DNA of 53,672 nucleotides from Verrucomicrobiota bacterium (GCA_027622665.1 JAQBYT010000029.1:1-53672), one strand, 5' to 3'; shown: positions 29,720-40,062, counted from the first letter of the stretch. Made by a program: numbers and translations. Notes: generated by a model from the letters alone, not told the origin.

Positions 29720-29759
29720 TTTGGGGAATCGTTACTCTATCCAACTAAGTTATCCCTGT
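29720..29759 (-). other. Degenerate tRNA 5'-half fragment (att-like scar)
   Basis: ACAGGGATAACTTAGTTGGATAGAGTAACGATTCCCCAAA aligns ungapped with the first 40 nt of the tRNA: 28/40 identical, all mismatches transitions. Confidence 0.7.
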
Positions 29760-29927
29760 GCAAATCGCACACCGTCAAAGGGTTATTATCATGACGAACT
29801 TTGGGCTCGAGAGGATCAATAAAGATTTTAAGTTCCAAAAGGATTTCCGGATAAATTATGGCTGACTCATTCGGCGTTCTAGACATATGGTGGAGATTTT
29901 TCATATCCTAACCCATTTACGAAACTC

Positions 29928-30428
29928 ATGCCGGCACCACCTCCAGGACAAGCGATCTACATATCAAAAGGCGATCAGGACCTCGGTCCCTTTACTTTCA
30001 ACGAATTGGTCGAGCAGATGTCGAAGAAACAGTTCGAGCCTACGGACATGGCTTGGCACCAAGGAGTAAGCAACTGGATGGCGCTGGAACAATTGCCGGA
30101 ATGGCCGACGATTCAGGAAAAGCTTAAGCCCGCAAATAAGCCGGGCGCAGATCCCCCACCCTTGGAGATCAAGAAAGCACCGCCAATGGCAACGGGACCC
30201 GCTTTGTTTGAAGACGCCGGGGACAAATCCGGTGCGGCAATGAACAATAGCTCCGCCACATCCGCGCCTCAAGTTGCCCCACAAGCAGCACCGGCACCTG
30301 CGAGGGACGGAGGAGACTCGGGGATTCTCAGCAAATTGTTGGTATCCATGGCCGTTCTGTTCTTCTTGGCTGCAGTCGGGTTCGCCGGGTTCATCCTCTA
30401 CAGGAACTGGGATAAACTCGGCCTTTAG
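29928..30428 (+). CDS. GYF_2 (DUF4339) domain membrane protein
   Basis: GPFTFNEL, AWHQGVSNW..L..LPE; Pro/Ala linker; C-terminal TM helix. Confidence 0.88.
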   Translation: MPAPPPGQAIYISKGDQDLGPFTFNELVEQMSKKQFEPTDMAWHQGVSNWMALEQLPEWPTIQEKLKPANKPGADPPPLEIKKAPPMATGPALFEDAGDKSGAAMNNSSATSAPQVAPQAAPAPARDGGDSGILSKLLVSMAVLFFLAAVGFAGFILYRNWDKLGL

Positions 30429-30563
30429 TAGCGACTATTAGTAAAAATCTTCTCGGCACTGGCAATCGAGCACTCGGGATGGACCACTCGCCCGATTAAG
30501 GAGCATCCGTATCGACCACACGGCAGAAACCTGTTGGAGTGATAGCCGTGGGTTTGATTTCCT

Positions 30564-31198
30564 TCAGGAGATCTGGACGTCATCCACGCTATGGATGCCC
30601 TCCACCACGTCGGACTGCATGGGATCCCTATTTGCGACAGCTTGTTCGATGACGTGGCTCTTGAGCTGATTGTATCGATCAATGCTAACGAGAAACTTCT
30701 CCAGAATCCTCTTCGCGTGAAATTTCCGCTGGTTGTTAGCGAGTTTCTTTTCACCAGTTTCTCCGTCCTCTTCCACATTCCTCCAGATACAGGCCAGAAG
30801 TTCACTGTAGTTGGCATCGCCTTCCTCGTAAGGTCTGTTGTTTCTCCGCGGCTTTTTCTCCTTTGCAAGATAGTCCAGCTCTTCCCTAAGTTTATCTTTA
30901 AGATGCTCAGGAACTAAGTTCGAAATACGTTCTTCTCCTGCCAGGCTGAATGCAGTCTCCAATATCAGCGACACGGCATTTTCGTCAAAATACCTTGCCG
31001 CTTCTTCAGCATCCAGAGCCCATTTTTCCAGAGTCTTAAACTTCTGTTTATTTCTTACTTCCGCTTCGGCAGCCTTTGCTCCAGCAAGCTCTTGCTCAAG
31101 CTCTCTCGTCTTTCTGGCATGCTCGGAAAAGCATCTTCCAAGTCTTGGACGGAGTCGGGGGTACTTTTAATTCTCGAATTTAGGTCTGATGTCATCAT
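30564..31198 (-). pseudogene. Hypothetical helical protein with apparent single-base frameshift
   Basis: MMTSDLNSR...EDAF (ATG 31198) joins the open frame SEHARKTRELEQEL...SLILETAF if one base is added to the A4 run at 31127-31130. Confidence 0.55.
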
Positions 31199-31436
31199 TG
31201 TTCAACAAACAGGTGGAAGATAATAATCTCTCCATATGGTAGACGTTAAGTAATTCGGTCATATGCGTAATGATATTATATTTATTATTCAAAAGTCTTC
31301 TGGAAGTAAATTGTGAAGCCTCACCATGAAAGACAAAAACAATTTCATGGTAAACTTGTTTACATAAATAATAACCCGTGCCCTTACCGAAGTCGCAAAT
31401 TATTGCCCCGAGCTACACGGAGCATCCTTTCAAGCG

Positions 31437-32237
31437 CTAAACTTCTTCGCGTACTTCCACTCGCCTGATAGAGCGAGCGATGCCGGTATTGGGGTCGATT
31501 TCAACAACGACACCTTGAAAGCCTACGTCGCCTTCTGCCACTAGGCACTTGCGTGGCAGACCATCGAGGAAACGATCGACGCAGGATTCCACTTGCCGAC
31601 CGATGACGGAATGTCGCGGACCTGTCATGCCGACGTCGGTCTGGTAAGCCGTGCCGGCGGGCAGTATGCGTTCGTCGGCAGTGGGGATATGGGTATGAGT
31701 TCCCAAGACTGCGGCCACTTTACCGTCCATATGCCAACCGAAGGCAACTTTCTCGGCAGTGGTTTCAGCATGAATCTCGACGAGGATTGCGTCCGTCTTT
31801 TCTCGGAGTTCCCCCACGATACGATCGGCCGTGGCAAAGGGACAATCAACGTTTAGCTTCATGAAACTGCGGCCGAGCACCGTAAAAACCCCGAGCCGAA
31901 AACCATTCTTGGCGACTACAAGGCGAGGACGCCCCGGATTACTTGAATGAAGATTGGCAGGACGACAAACGAGGGTAAGCCCATCGATTTCATTGTTGAA
32001 GTTCTTCTGATCCCAAACGTGATCCCCCAGCGTAAGGGCATCTATGCCGCAACCGAGAAGTTCCAAGGCGATCTTACCGGTAATACCTGCTCCACCGGCG
32101 GCATTCTCGCCATTGGCGACAACCAAGTCGAAGTGATGCTCCTGTCGATAGGCTGAAAGTCGTTCCTTGAGAAAACGGCGACCCGGACGGCCTACGACGT
32201 CTCCGAGAAATAGAATTTTTCGAGCACTAGAGTTCAT
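31437..32237 (-). CDS. ymdB: YmdB/TIGR00282 metallophosphoesterase
   Basis: GDVVG.PGR, NGENAAGG.GIT, RPAN, HAETTAEK, GTHTH, TDVGMTGP. Confidence 0.93.
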   Translation of the reverse strand: MNSSARKILFLGDVVGRPGRRFLKERLSAYRQEHHFDLVVANGENAAGGAGITGKIALELLGCGIDALTLGDHVWDQKNFNNEIDGLTLVCRPANLHSSNPGRPRLVVAKNGFRLGVFTVLGRSFMKLNVDCPFATADRIVGELREKTDAILVEIHAETTAEKVAFGWHMDGKVAAVLGTHTHIPTADERILPAGTAYQTDVGMTGPRHSVIGRQVESCVDRFLDGLPRKCLVAEGDVGFQGVVVEIDPNTGIARSIRRVEVREEV

Positions 32238-34543
32238 TCTTGGTAATAGCAGAGAAGGCGATCGTGGACAAGGAGGACGAAATCGTCGCGTCCATCCCCG
32301 TTCAAGTCGAGCACAAGACCTTCGCGTGGTTCGGATGCCCCACCCTTACGACCTTGGTAATGTAGGTTGGACTCGAACACGTGAAAGCGAAGGACACTGT
32401 CCCATTGGCTTTTCTCATCGTCGAATCGAAGGAATTCCAAGAGGTGGCGAGTCGAATCGAGACAGAGGAGATCTAAAACGCCGTCGGAATCGAAGTCGCC
32501 GCAATCGACGGCGTCATGGGCAACGTTGCGCAAGTCGGTGGTGTAGCGGGAATGAATGGCAAGAACGGGAGTGTCATCGGTTTCACGGGTGGGAATTCGG
32601 CGGAAACCCGACTTGCCAATAACCAACAATTCGTGGGAGTCCCCAACTTTTCTCACAAGAAGGCGACGAATATCAAATTCACCGGTTTCAATGGAGCGTG
32701 CATATCGAAAGACTCCGTCCGCGTCTCGAGAAAGCGCTTCGAAACCTTTCTCGGCAGGCGAGTAGAAAAGGATTTCAGGCTTTTTGTCGCCCAATACGTC
32801 GATAGAGAACGGAGCTAGGATCTGTCCTTTGCCGGCGCGCGAGTTAAACTGGTCGAGTACTTCCAGTTTGTCGCCTTTAAGGGTAAATGCGCGAACGAAC
32901 CCGTCCCCGGTCACGAGAAGGTCTGCCTTTCCATCCTCGTTTACGTCGGCAAAACCGATGCGAGCGGGGGTCAGGTCGGCCAGCATGCTTTTTCGAATGG
33001 CCGAAGACTCGGCGGCATGCTCAAGCTTGCCTTTGCCATCCCCGCGAAGAAGAATAGCGGGATCTCGGGGTGAGAGGACGAGAAGATCCATGTTTCCGTC
33101 GCCATCTAGATCGCAGGGGATGATGCCGGAAGGATCGCGTTTGATGCCTTTCAACTCGATTTTTTCGGTCTCGGTGAAACCCCCTTCACCTTCGGGTAGG
33201 AAGCGATGAAGCGTGTAGTCGTAACGTTCCTTCGTAACCAGGAGAATTTCATCCAGGCCATTGGCGTCAAGATCGGCGCAGGCGGCGGTTACGGGTTCGT
33301 CCTCGAAAGTAAGGGCATCGGGAAATTGAAATCTCTTTCCAGCAAGGCATCGGGAGACGCCCACAAGTTTTTCTCCACTGCTAACCAAGACGAGACTCGC
33401 CCCACCCTTTTTGTGGAAGCGTCCGGCGGAGAGAGAGGAAATCTCGCTGAAAGATGGGAAAGTCGCTGGCGACACGAAATCACCATCCGCTCGCCCCTTG
33501 AGGAAGAGAATTTCCGCTCCGCTTGATGCCGCCACCATGTCGTCGATCTTGTCCCCGTCGAAATCAGCAGAGACAAAGGCAGCGCGGTCATCGCCGGAAC
33601 TGAACAGATCCAAGATGAGAGAGGGCCATACGAAAGCTCCCTCGGACCTAACATTATCGGGGGATACGGAAAAGAGAGCGATGTCTCGGCTATCCGTCTC
33701 GATTCCGACGAAAGCGGGTTTGCCCTTCCCACTCAAACCCCGAGCCAGAAGGTTTACACCTGATCGAGATGACAGCGGATGAGAATACTCGGGACCGAAA
33801 CCCGATTTATCCCATAAGCGGGTACGGACACCGCGATCGTCTCCCGGGGCTTGGTAAAGCCAGTCATTGTCGCCATCACCATCGAGGTCGGCGAAGTGAA
33901 GCCCCCTTGAGCGAGGCGAATCATCACGATATAGAGTTGGTTGTCCGTCGGACTCTCTTCCTTTCATTCGGAAAACTTCCAAACCCTTTTTCACATGCGC
34001 CAAGAGTTCGAGAGAACCATCGCCATCGAGATCTCTTATGGCCAAGGTCCCGGTTCCCGAACGGAGGACACCGGTGTCGATCTCAACCGGGATGCTCCAA
34101 GAATCGTCCTTCTCTCTGAAGCGGACGAATACGCCATCCTCCGCACCGCCGTACGCGAGGTCTACCTTTCCGTTGGCATCCAGATCACCCGTCGCCAATG
34201 ACGTAACCTCGACGTCGATTGACAAATTTTCTCGCTGATATGGGGCGTCCTCCAACACCGGTTCCCATCGATCGAATCGAGTCGAGCGGACGTTCTTCAC
34301 CTTTTCGCCCGGCTTGCGGCGATAAAGGATCTCTATCCGCGAACGCTCATGATTCACGATGGCAAGGTCCACGAGTCCGTCACCGTTGATGTCGGAGGAG
34401 TGGAGAGATCGAGCATTCCAATCGATTTTCACCACTTCCGGCCCAAGAAACCGAAAGGCGGTTGAATTCCTGTCTTCTTTGGCAGAAAGTGGGAACCAGG
34501 CCAAAACAAAGATGGCCAGAGAGCAAAAAATTTTCTGCAGCAT
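32234..34543 (-). CDS. FG-GAP/VCBS repeat beta-propeller protein
   Basis: Signal peptide; many D-x-D/N-x-D-G..D loops (DINGDGLVD, DLDGDGDND, DLNGDGRDD). Confidence 0.9.
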   Translation of the reverse strand: MLQKIFCSLAIFVLAWFPLSAKEDRNSTAFRFLGPEVVKIDWNARSLHSSDINGDGLVDLAIVNHERSRIEILYRRKPGEKVKNVRSTRFDRWEPVLEDAPYQRENLSIDVEVTSLATGDLDANGKVDLAYGGAEDGVFVRFREKDDSWSIPVEIDTGVLRSGTGTLAIRDLDGDGSLELLAHVKKGLEVFRMKGRESDGQPTLYRDDSPRSRGLHFADLDGDGDNDWLYQAPGDDRGVRTRLWDKSGFGPEYSHPLSSRSGVNLLARGLSGKGKPAFVGIETDSRDIALFSVSPDNVRSEGAFVWPSLILDLFSSGDDRAAFVSADFDGDKIDDMVAASSGAEILFLKGRADGDFVSPATFPSFSEISSLSAGRFHKKGGASLVLVSSGEKLVGVSRCLAGKRFQFPDALTFEDEPVTAACADLDANGLDEILLVTKERYDYTLHRFLPEGEGGFTETEKIELKGIKRDPSGIIPCDLDGDGNMDLLVLSPRDPAILLRGDGKGKLEHAAESSAIRKSMLADLTPARIGFADVNEDGKADLLVTGDGFVRAFTLKGDKLEVLDQFNSRAGKGQILAPFSIDVLGDKKPEILFYSPAEKGFEALSRDADGVFRYARSIETGEFDIRRLLVRKVGDSHELLVIGKSGFRRIPTRETDDTPVLAIHSRYTTDLRNVAHDAVDCGDFDSDGVLDLLCLDSTRHLLEFLRFDDEKSQWDSVLRFHVFESNLHYQGRKGGASEPREGLVLDLNGDGRDDFVLLVHDRLLCYYQE

Positions 34544-36309
34544 CAGTCTCCCTTCGGGAAAAGCTTGGCTTTCGATATGAATCCCCGCTTGGATTCACGA
34601 GTCCAGGTAAGTAAAAAATAGGGAAGGCTGGGAAAGTCCTTGTCAAAAAAGCTCTCGTCTTTGTTGGTGATTCCCAACTCCAATTTAAACTTACTATCTT
34701 CCAGAGCCATTCCGAGAAGTGGAAAGAGAAAATTCGACAAGTTTTCCAGATCGACGTAATCCCATTGCTTCACGCCCTTCGGGGTCTCTCGAAGCACGGC
34801 GGCTACGGAAGGCTCTTTCCAGAGACTTTTGCGAGATTTGTTCAAACGACTTATCACGCGCAACATACGAGCGCGATCGCCAAGATTGACCAACAACCAC
34901 TTGGGAGTGACGGCATAGGAAAGGTCAATGCCAGTGCCTTCTGCTCCTCTCATGGATCTTACCGTAATTCCCTTGTGCTCGCGATCTTGAAACAATTCGC
35001 CTCCGGGAGCAATCGAACCCAACATCGTGCGGAGAGATCGATCAAAAACTTCGGAATCTCGTAGGGACACAGCGAAAAACTCGCTCATCGGCAAGTCGCT
35101 CGGCTCGTCCAACTCTTCTCGGTCCAAGGGCTTGAGGTCTGAAAAAGTAACGAGTTCGTCACCCAGGGCACCCAGAATATCCTTGCGAACATTCACGCCA
35201 GCCTTGGTTTCGAATGCCTGAATCTGGGAATCGAGCAAAAGGTAAAGCGCCGGACTAACCTTACGCAAAATCTCCTCCACAATCGGCCAAACCGCTCCAA
35301 GGTCATATCGGGCTACAGTGGCAGTTGCTACTCCGGAGGGCACGAAAGAAACAAGGGGAGCATCACCGTCTGGCAAACGCATTAACTTAAGTAAACCTTC
35401 TCGCTCACCCATAAAGAAAGCCGACGCGATTTCCATTCCACCCTCATCGAAGTCCATTTTGAGGCCAATGCATTCCGCGCCTTCCAAGCCAAGGGCATCG
35501 ATGATGCCTTTAGTCGTAACGCCGAACGGGTTTTCGGGAATCTGCATGTCTTCGGACTCCCCGACAACATCGAGTAGATCGCCAAGACCCCGTAAATTGA
35601 GGAAGAATCGAACATCACCTTCTCCGATTTCCTCAAATACCTCGCGATAATCGGGATTCTCCACGATTCCCCCGGAAGGTTCGTCCGCGAGGCTTTCGAC
35701 CAAGTTCTCAATCGCAGAACGACCACCGCCAAAACCGAAAATTCCATCAACGACAAATATTCCCATGCGTTTTTCTTCGTCTTCTGCTTTCCTGGAATCC
35801 CACAAGAAGAATACGGTCTCGTTGCCAATTTCTTCTTTCTCGACAAGCATGTGTCCTCCCGAATCCTTTACTTCTTTCTCAAGCCATCGGATAAGTTCGT
35901 TCAAGTCCTCGGGGGTCATTTCGGTCTCAGCTAGAAGTACAACTTCGGGTAAACCATACTCGTCATCATCGTCGACCTTCAACATGTTCTCGATACCTCC
36001 AAACGCGAATGCCACTTGGCCTGAAAACTGTTCGCCAAAGTCAATAATCCTTTCGAACAACTCCTTGGAGGGGCCGTTCTCGGGATTCTCGGGAAAAGCC
36101 TTTGGCAATCGCTCACGGAGTTGCTTGATTCCGGGATGCTTCCAAATATTGCCGAAGGGGCCTTCCTTCAGATCCTTTTGGAGATTGCTCAAGTCGTCGA
36201 CCTCCATGGTCACCCAAGCGCTATCGGGCAGGTATTCGGCAAGCTTGACTTTTGCGGAAAGAAGGGATGAGACCGTCAAGAAAGCAAGAGCGAAGGGGAA
36301 GTCTTTCAT
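34543..36309 (-). CDS. Secreted hypothetical protein (DUF3352-like)
   Basis: Signal peptide; 588 aa, acidic; YLPD and FVP..V repeat starts suggest an internal duplication. Confidence 0.75.
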   Translation of the reverse strand: MKDFPFALAFLTVSSLLSAKVKLAEYLPDSAWVTMEVDDLSNLQKDLKEGPFGNIWKHPGIKQLRERLPKAFPENPENGPSKELFERIIDFGEQFSGQVAFAFGGIENMLKVDDDDEYGLPEVVLLAETEMTPEDLNELIRWLEKEVKDSGGHMLVEKEEIGNETVFFLWDSRKAEDEEKRMGIFVVDGIFGFGGGRSAIENLVESLADEPSGGIVENPDYREVFEEIGEGDVRFFLNLRGLGDLLDVVGESEDMQIPENPFGVTTKGIIDALGLEGAECIGLKMDFDEGGMEIASAFFMGEREGLLKLMRLPDGDAPLVSFVPSGVATATVARYDLGAVWPIVEEILRKVSPALYLLLDSQIQAFETKAGVNVRKDILGALGDELVTFSDLKPLDREELDEPSDLPMSEFFAVSLRDSEVFDRSLRTMLGSIAPGGELFQDREHKGITVRSMRGAEGTGIDLSYAVTPKWLLVNLGDRARMLRVISRLNKSRKSLWKEPSVAAVLRETPKGVKQWDYVDLENLSNFLFPLLGMALEDSKFKLELGITNKDESFFDKDFPSLPYFLLTWTRESKRGFISKAKLFPKGD

Positions 36310-36329
36310 CTGAAAAAGAATGAGAGTTA

Positions 36330-37256
36330 TTAACGAGGAGCAGGATTGTAGCGAAATCCGGCATTTGGGTTACGGGGATCGAAAGCAAAAGCGTCGCGAT
36401 TCTGCAGAAATGTCTTTAGAGTGCGTACGGGAATTGCAAAACCGAGTCCTTCCGCTCCTGTAGAGACAATTTTCAAATTGTTTACGCCGACCACTTCGCC
36501 GCGGTAATTGAACAGTGGGCCTCCCGAATTTCCGGGATTTATCTCAGCGGTGGTCTGTACGTGTAGACGGGATTGGATGATGCGGTTTCGTAGACTTACG
36601 ATCCCTTCGGACACACTTCTCTCGAGACCTAGAGGATTGCCGATGGCGAAAACGCGGTCGCCTTGCCGCAGTTCCTCGGAACGTCCAAGAGGCACGGTGG
36701 CAAACGTCTTGCCCGTAGCTCCCTCGATCTTGAGCAAGGCCAAGTCGACGTTGCCCCCGGCAGCCACGATGCGAACGTTGTCGTAGTTGTCTTTGATCAG
36801 CTCGGTCTCAGTATGCCGAAAAATAGTTACGGAAATTTTGCGTTCACCCGCGATTACGTGATCGTTGGTGATCAGGTAGCCCTCTGGATGAATCAAGAAT
36901 CCTGATCCCAGCCCAACGGGAGTACGCACCATGACCACAGACTCACCTAGACGAGCGACCAGTTCTCTCAATGGTCGCTCTCTGGCGTTGGTGGTTTCCC
37001 TGAAGAGAGATGCTGCAAATGCATTGGAGGCGCCTCCGACCTCACCGGGTTGCTTATCTACCGAAGCGATTTCCGAGCGGGGAACAGTCAATACAGAAAA
37101 TCCGAGATCCAATACCAGGTGATCCGGGTTTTCCTTGAGTAACTGACCGCTAACCGAGGCACCCGACTTCAAGCTCAGCTTAGTTTCATCTAAAGCAATA
37201 AGGGAGAGCCAAGGTGAAGCCAGTATTATGAAATAAGAAATAAAACGAGGATACAT
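36330..37256 (-). CDS. Trypsin-like (S1C) serine protease lacking PDZ
   Basis: GSGFLI, TNDHV (His), DLALLK (Asp), INPGNSGGP (Ser). Confidence 0.92.
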   Translation of the reverse strand: MYPRFISYFIILASPWLSLIALDETKLSLKSGASVSGQLLKENPDHLVLDLGFSVLTVPRSEIASVDKQPGEVGGASNAFAASLFRETTNARERPLRELVARLGESVVMVRTPVGLGSGFLIHPEGYLITNDHVIAGERKISVTIFRHTETELIKDNYDNVRIVAAGGNVDLALLKIEGATGKTFATVPLGRSEELRQGDRVFAIGNPLGLERSVSEGIVSLRNRIIQSRLHVQTTAEINPGNSGGPLFNYRGEVVGVNNLKIVSTGAEGLGFAIPVRTLKTFLQNRDAFAFDPRNPNAGFRYNPAPR

Positions 37257-37315
37257 TGAACAATGCTAAGATGCACTCGCCAAGAGTAGCGAGGACAAAA
37301 AAGGCAAGCAACCTA

Positions 37316-38584
37316 TTAGAACTTGGGATAAAAGAAACTGACCTGAGAACAGTTCCCCATGTTTTTTCCACTAAGGGCTTGCGGCTTGGCTCCGACACCT
37401 TCCGTATCGAGAATCATTAACCTCTTGGACCCGTTTTTCGCACGCGATGTAAAGACAAGATGACGACCGTCGTTCAACCAACAGGGTTGCATCCCATCAT
37501 TCGCTCCGGAAGTCAAAAATCGACTCTTTCTCTCTTGGCCGTCAAACAGAGCGACTTGAAACCCTCCACTTACTGCAGCCGTAAAGGCAATTTTTCCGGA
37601 ATTACGTGGATTCCATGAGGCCTCGGCGCAATGTGAGCTAAGGTTTGTGGGAATTCGAGACAAGGCACCCGTACTCAGAGACACTTCGTAGAGTTGCGGC
37701 TTACCCTTGGCATCGGATGTAACAATCAATCGTTTGCCGTCCGGAGACCAGCATGGCCCGGACTCATTGCTTCTGTTGTTGGTTACACGTTTTGGCCGGG
37801 CAGCGGGACTGGAGGCTAGCCAAAGTTCGGGATTTCCCGTAACCGAAAGAATAAATGCCACTTGCCCGGTTATGGGATTTTGAGAGGCACGTAGGTTGTT
37901 CCCCTTGTATTTCGCCACGGTAGTTATTCTGCCGTCAGTCAAATTGAGCAGGAAAACATTGTTGAAGGTGTGACGATTGCTGGTGAATAAAATTCCGCGA
38001 CCATCCGTGCTCCAACTGGCATTGTAGGTGAGTTTCTTGAAATTCGTTTTGGACTGAACGGAAGAAAGAAGAGCATTGCCGACATATATCTCTTTGCTAC
38101 CGGAAAGATCAGAAATATAAACATATTTCCCAGAGAAAAAGCCGGGGGTTTTCAAGGTTTGAAACACTGCCCCATCGCAAGCGCGTAGCATCGCGGTTTG
38201 TTGATCAGCTCCCGAATAGGCCTGCGTCAAAACTGTTCTTCTGGGTTTTCCCGTGGATATGCGAAGAGATACACTAGTAGGAGCGACGGTCTTAAATTCA
38301 AAGGAGTGGTGTCCTTGAGCGTTAGCAACCATTTTATAGCCTCCATGTAGTCCGAAGGCCGCACTAGCAATTTTTGCTAGTCCTGGGGAAGTATTACCGA
38401 AATCAATAAAGAATTGTTTTCGAGCTAAAGCCGTTTCGATAGGCGGCAACTCGATCACCGCGCCTGTACTCGATTGTGCCTGCACCGGCAGTGTGCCACA
38501 GAAAACTACACTGATGAAAACGATCAACCACGATTTCTCTAAAATACCAAAATTCATAACTACGCTCATTCTGTCCAAATACAC
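37316..38584 (-). CDS. TolB-like PD40 beta-propeller protein
   Basis: WSTDG, PCWSPDGKRL, PCWLNDGRHLVF repeats; start uncertain. Confidence 0.8.
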   Translation of the reverse strand: MYLDRMSVVMNFGILEKSWLIVFISVVFCGTLPVQAQSSTGAVIELPPIETALARKQFFIDFGNTSPGLAKIASAAFGLHGGYKMVANAQGHHSFEFKTVAPTSVSLRISTGKPRRTVLTQAYSGADQQTAMLRACDGAVFQTLKTPGFFSGKYVYISDLSGSKEIYVGNALLSSVQSKTNFKKLTYNASWSTDGRGILFTSNRHTFNNVFLLNLTDGRITTVAKYKGNNLRASQNPITGQVAFILSVTGNPELWLASSPAARPKRVTNNRSNESGPCWSPDGKRLIVTSDAKGKPQLYEVSLSTGALSRIPTNLSSHCAEASWNPRNSGKIAFTAAVSGGFQVALFDGQERKSRFLTSGANDGMQPCWLNDGRHLVFTSRAKNGSKRLMILDTEGVGAKPQALSGKNMGNCSQVSFFYPKF

Positions 38585-38710
38585 GAAGCCGCAAGATTAA
38601 AACGACTTCACTTTTAATTTTGACCGGATTGAGGGTGAAACGCTCAATTATCAAGGGCGATTTTGTTTGCTCGTCTTTGGGTTACTCGTATGATCTTACC
38701 CCTTTTCAGC

Positions 38711-39799
38711 ATGGACAAAGAAATACTCTTAGGCGCACTAGAAAAAGTCAAATACCCGGGTTTCAGTAGGGATATAGTTTCCTTTGGTCTGGTTCGTGAG
38801 GCATCTTGTGAAAATGGGGTCGCGGTCGTCACCTTGGAATTGACCTCAAGTGATTCTACCGTTCCGGCGCAGCTTAAAAGGGAGACCGAAGAAGCCTTGA
38901 GTTCCGTCGACGGAGTGAAAGCAGTAGAAGTGAGCGTGGTGGTCAAGAAAAGCAAAGGTTCGAACTCGAACCAATCCTCAAAGACCGACGAAGGTGGCGG
39001 GACCTCAAGCAGACCATTGCCCGAAGTGAAATACATTGTGGCGATCGCAAGTGGTAAAGGAGGAGTGGGCAAGTCCACTGTGGCAGTGAACTTGGCTTGT
39101 GCTTTCGACAAGCTGCTCCGAGAGCAAAACGAGCCTTACCATGGAGTTGGAATAATGGACTGCGACGTGTACGGTCCTTCTGTCCCCCTCTTGATCGGCG
39201 CATCCGAAAGACCGGAAGTTATCGGTGAAAACCTAATTCAACCCGCGGAGAACTTCGGGGTGAAGGTTATCTCCATGGGGTTACTTGTGGATGAAGACGT
39301 CCCCGTCGTGTGGCGAGGTCCCATGGTCATGAAGACCATTCAGCAATTCACCGCCAATGTGGCTTGGGGAAAACTTGACATAATGCTGATTGACCTGCCT
39401 CCGGGAACCGGCGATGCCCAACTTTCTCTTGCTCAAACTTTGCCTTTGAACGGCGCGGTTATCGTGACTACGCCACAAAAAGCTGCCGTGGACGTGGCCC
39501 GCAGAGGGGCTCGTATGTTTGAAAAGGTAAGCGTACCTTTGCTCGGAGTAGTAGAAAACATGAGCTTTCTGCTCGACGAGGAAACGGGGACCAAAAGATA
39601 TCTCTTCGGAAAAGGTGGTGGACCTGCTACTGCGGAAGCTCTGAAAACCCCATTTCTTGGGGAGATTGCCTTGGACGAAAGGATTCGGCTAGGGGGAGAC
39701 AATGGTATTCCGGTTGTCGTGTCGAATGCAGATGGTCCCGCAGGTAAATCCATCCGAAATATCGCTGAAAAGCTTTGGGGAATACTGACTGCAGACTAA
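38711..39799 (+). CDS. mrp: Mrp/NBP35 Fe-S carrier ATPase with N-terminal DUF59-like domain
   Basis: SGKGGVGKST, DCDVYGPS, WRGPM, DLPPGTGD, VENMS. Confidence 0.93.
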   Translation: MDKEILLGALEKVKYPGFSRDIVSFGLVREASCENGVAVVTLELTSSDSTVPAQLKRETEEALSSVDGVKAVEVSVVVKKSKGSNSNQSSKTDEGGGTSSRPLPEVKYIVAIASGKGGVGKSTVAVNLACAFDKLLREQNEPYHGVGIMDCDVYGPSVPLLIGASERPEVIGENLIQPAENFGVKVISMGLLVDEDVPVVWRGPMVMKTIQQFTANVAWGKLDIMLIDLPPGTGDAQLSLAQTLPLNGAVIVTTPQKAAVDVARRGARMFEKVSVPLLGVVENMSFLLDEETGTKRYLFGKGGGPATAEALKTPFLGEIALDERIRLGGDNGIPVVVSNADGPAGKSIRNIAEKLWGILTAD

Positions 39800-39891
39800 G
39801 GACAAGATCAGTCGAAAGGCTACGAACGAGCGTTAAAGCTCTCTCAGTAAAGTCCCGGCAACATTTACACCCGGACTCGGAAATAAGAATT

Positions 39892-40062
39892 TCAGCTTTT
39901 AATTTCCTTATGCAAGGTATGCCTGCGCAGATGGCGATTATACTTCTTCTTCTCAATGGGCTCCTGTTGGAGCTTCTTGTTGCGAGAAGAAGTGTATCGT
40001 GAAGGAGGCTTGCCCTCTTTGCGTGCCTCGGTGCATTCCAGTATAACAGTATCTCTAGCCAT
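39892..40062 (-). CDS. rpmG: 50S ribosomal protein L33, absent from the ORF track
   Basis: Manual translation [56 protein letters not shown]. Confidence 0.95.
   Translation of the reverse strand: MARDTVILECTEARKEGKPPSRYTSSRNKKLQQEPIEKKKYNRHLRRHTLHKEIKS

Larger units (their letters stand above)
26430..29759. mobile_element. Decayed tRNA-integrated genomic island
   Basis: Integrase remnant beside the tRNA; cargo genes; same-strand degenerate tRNA 5' half at the far end. Confidence 0.6.

Noticed and set aside
31260..31286. Second dif-like AT-rich motif
   Set aside because: Spacer is 5 rather than 6 nt and the arms are degenerate.
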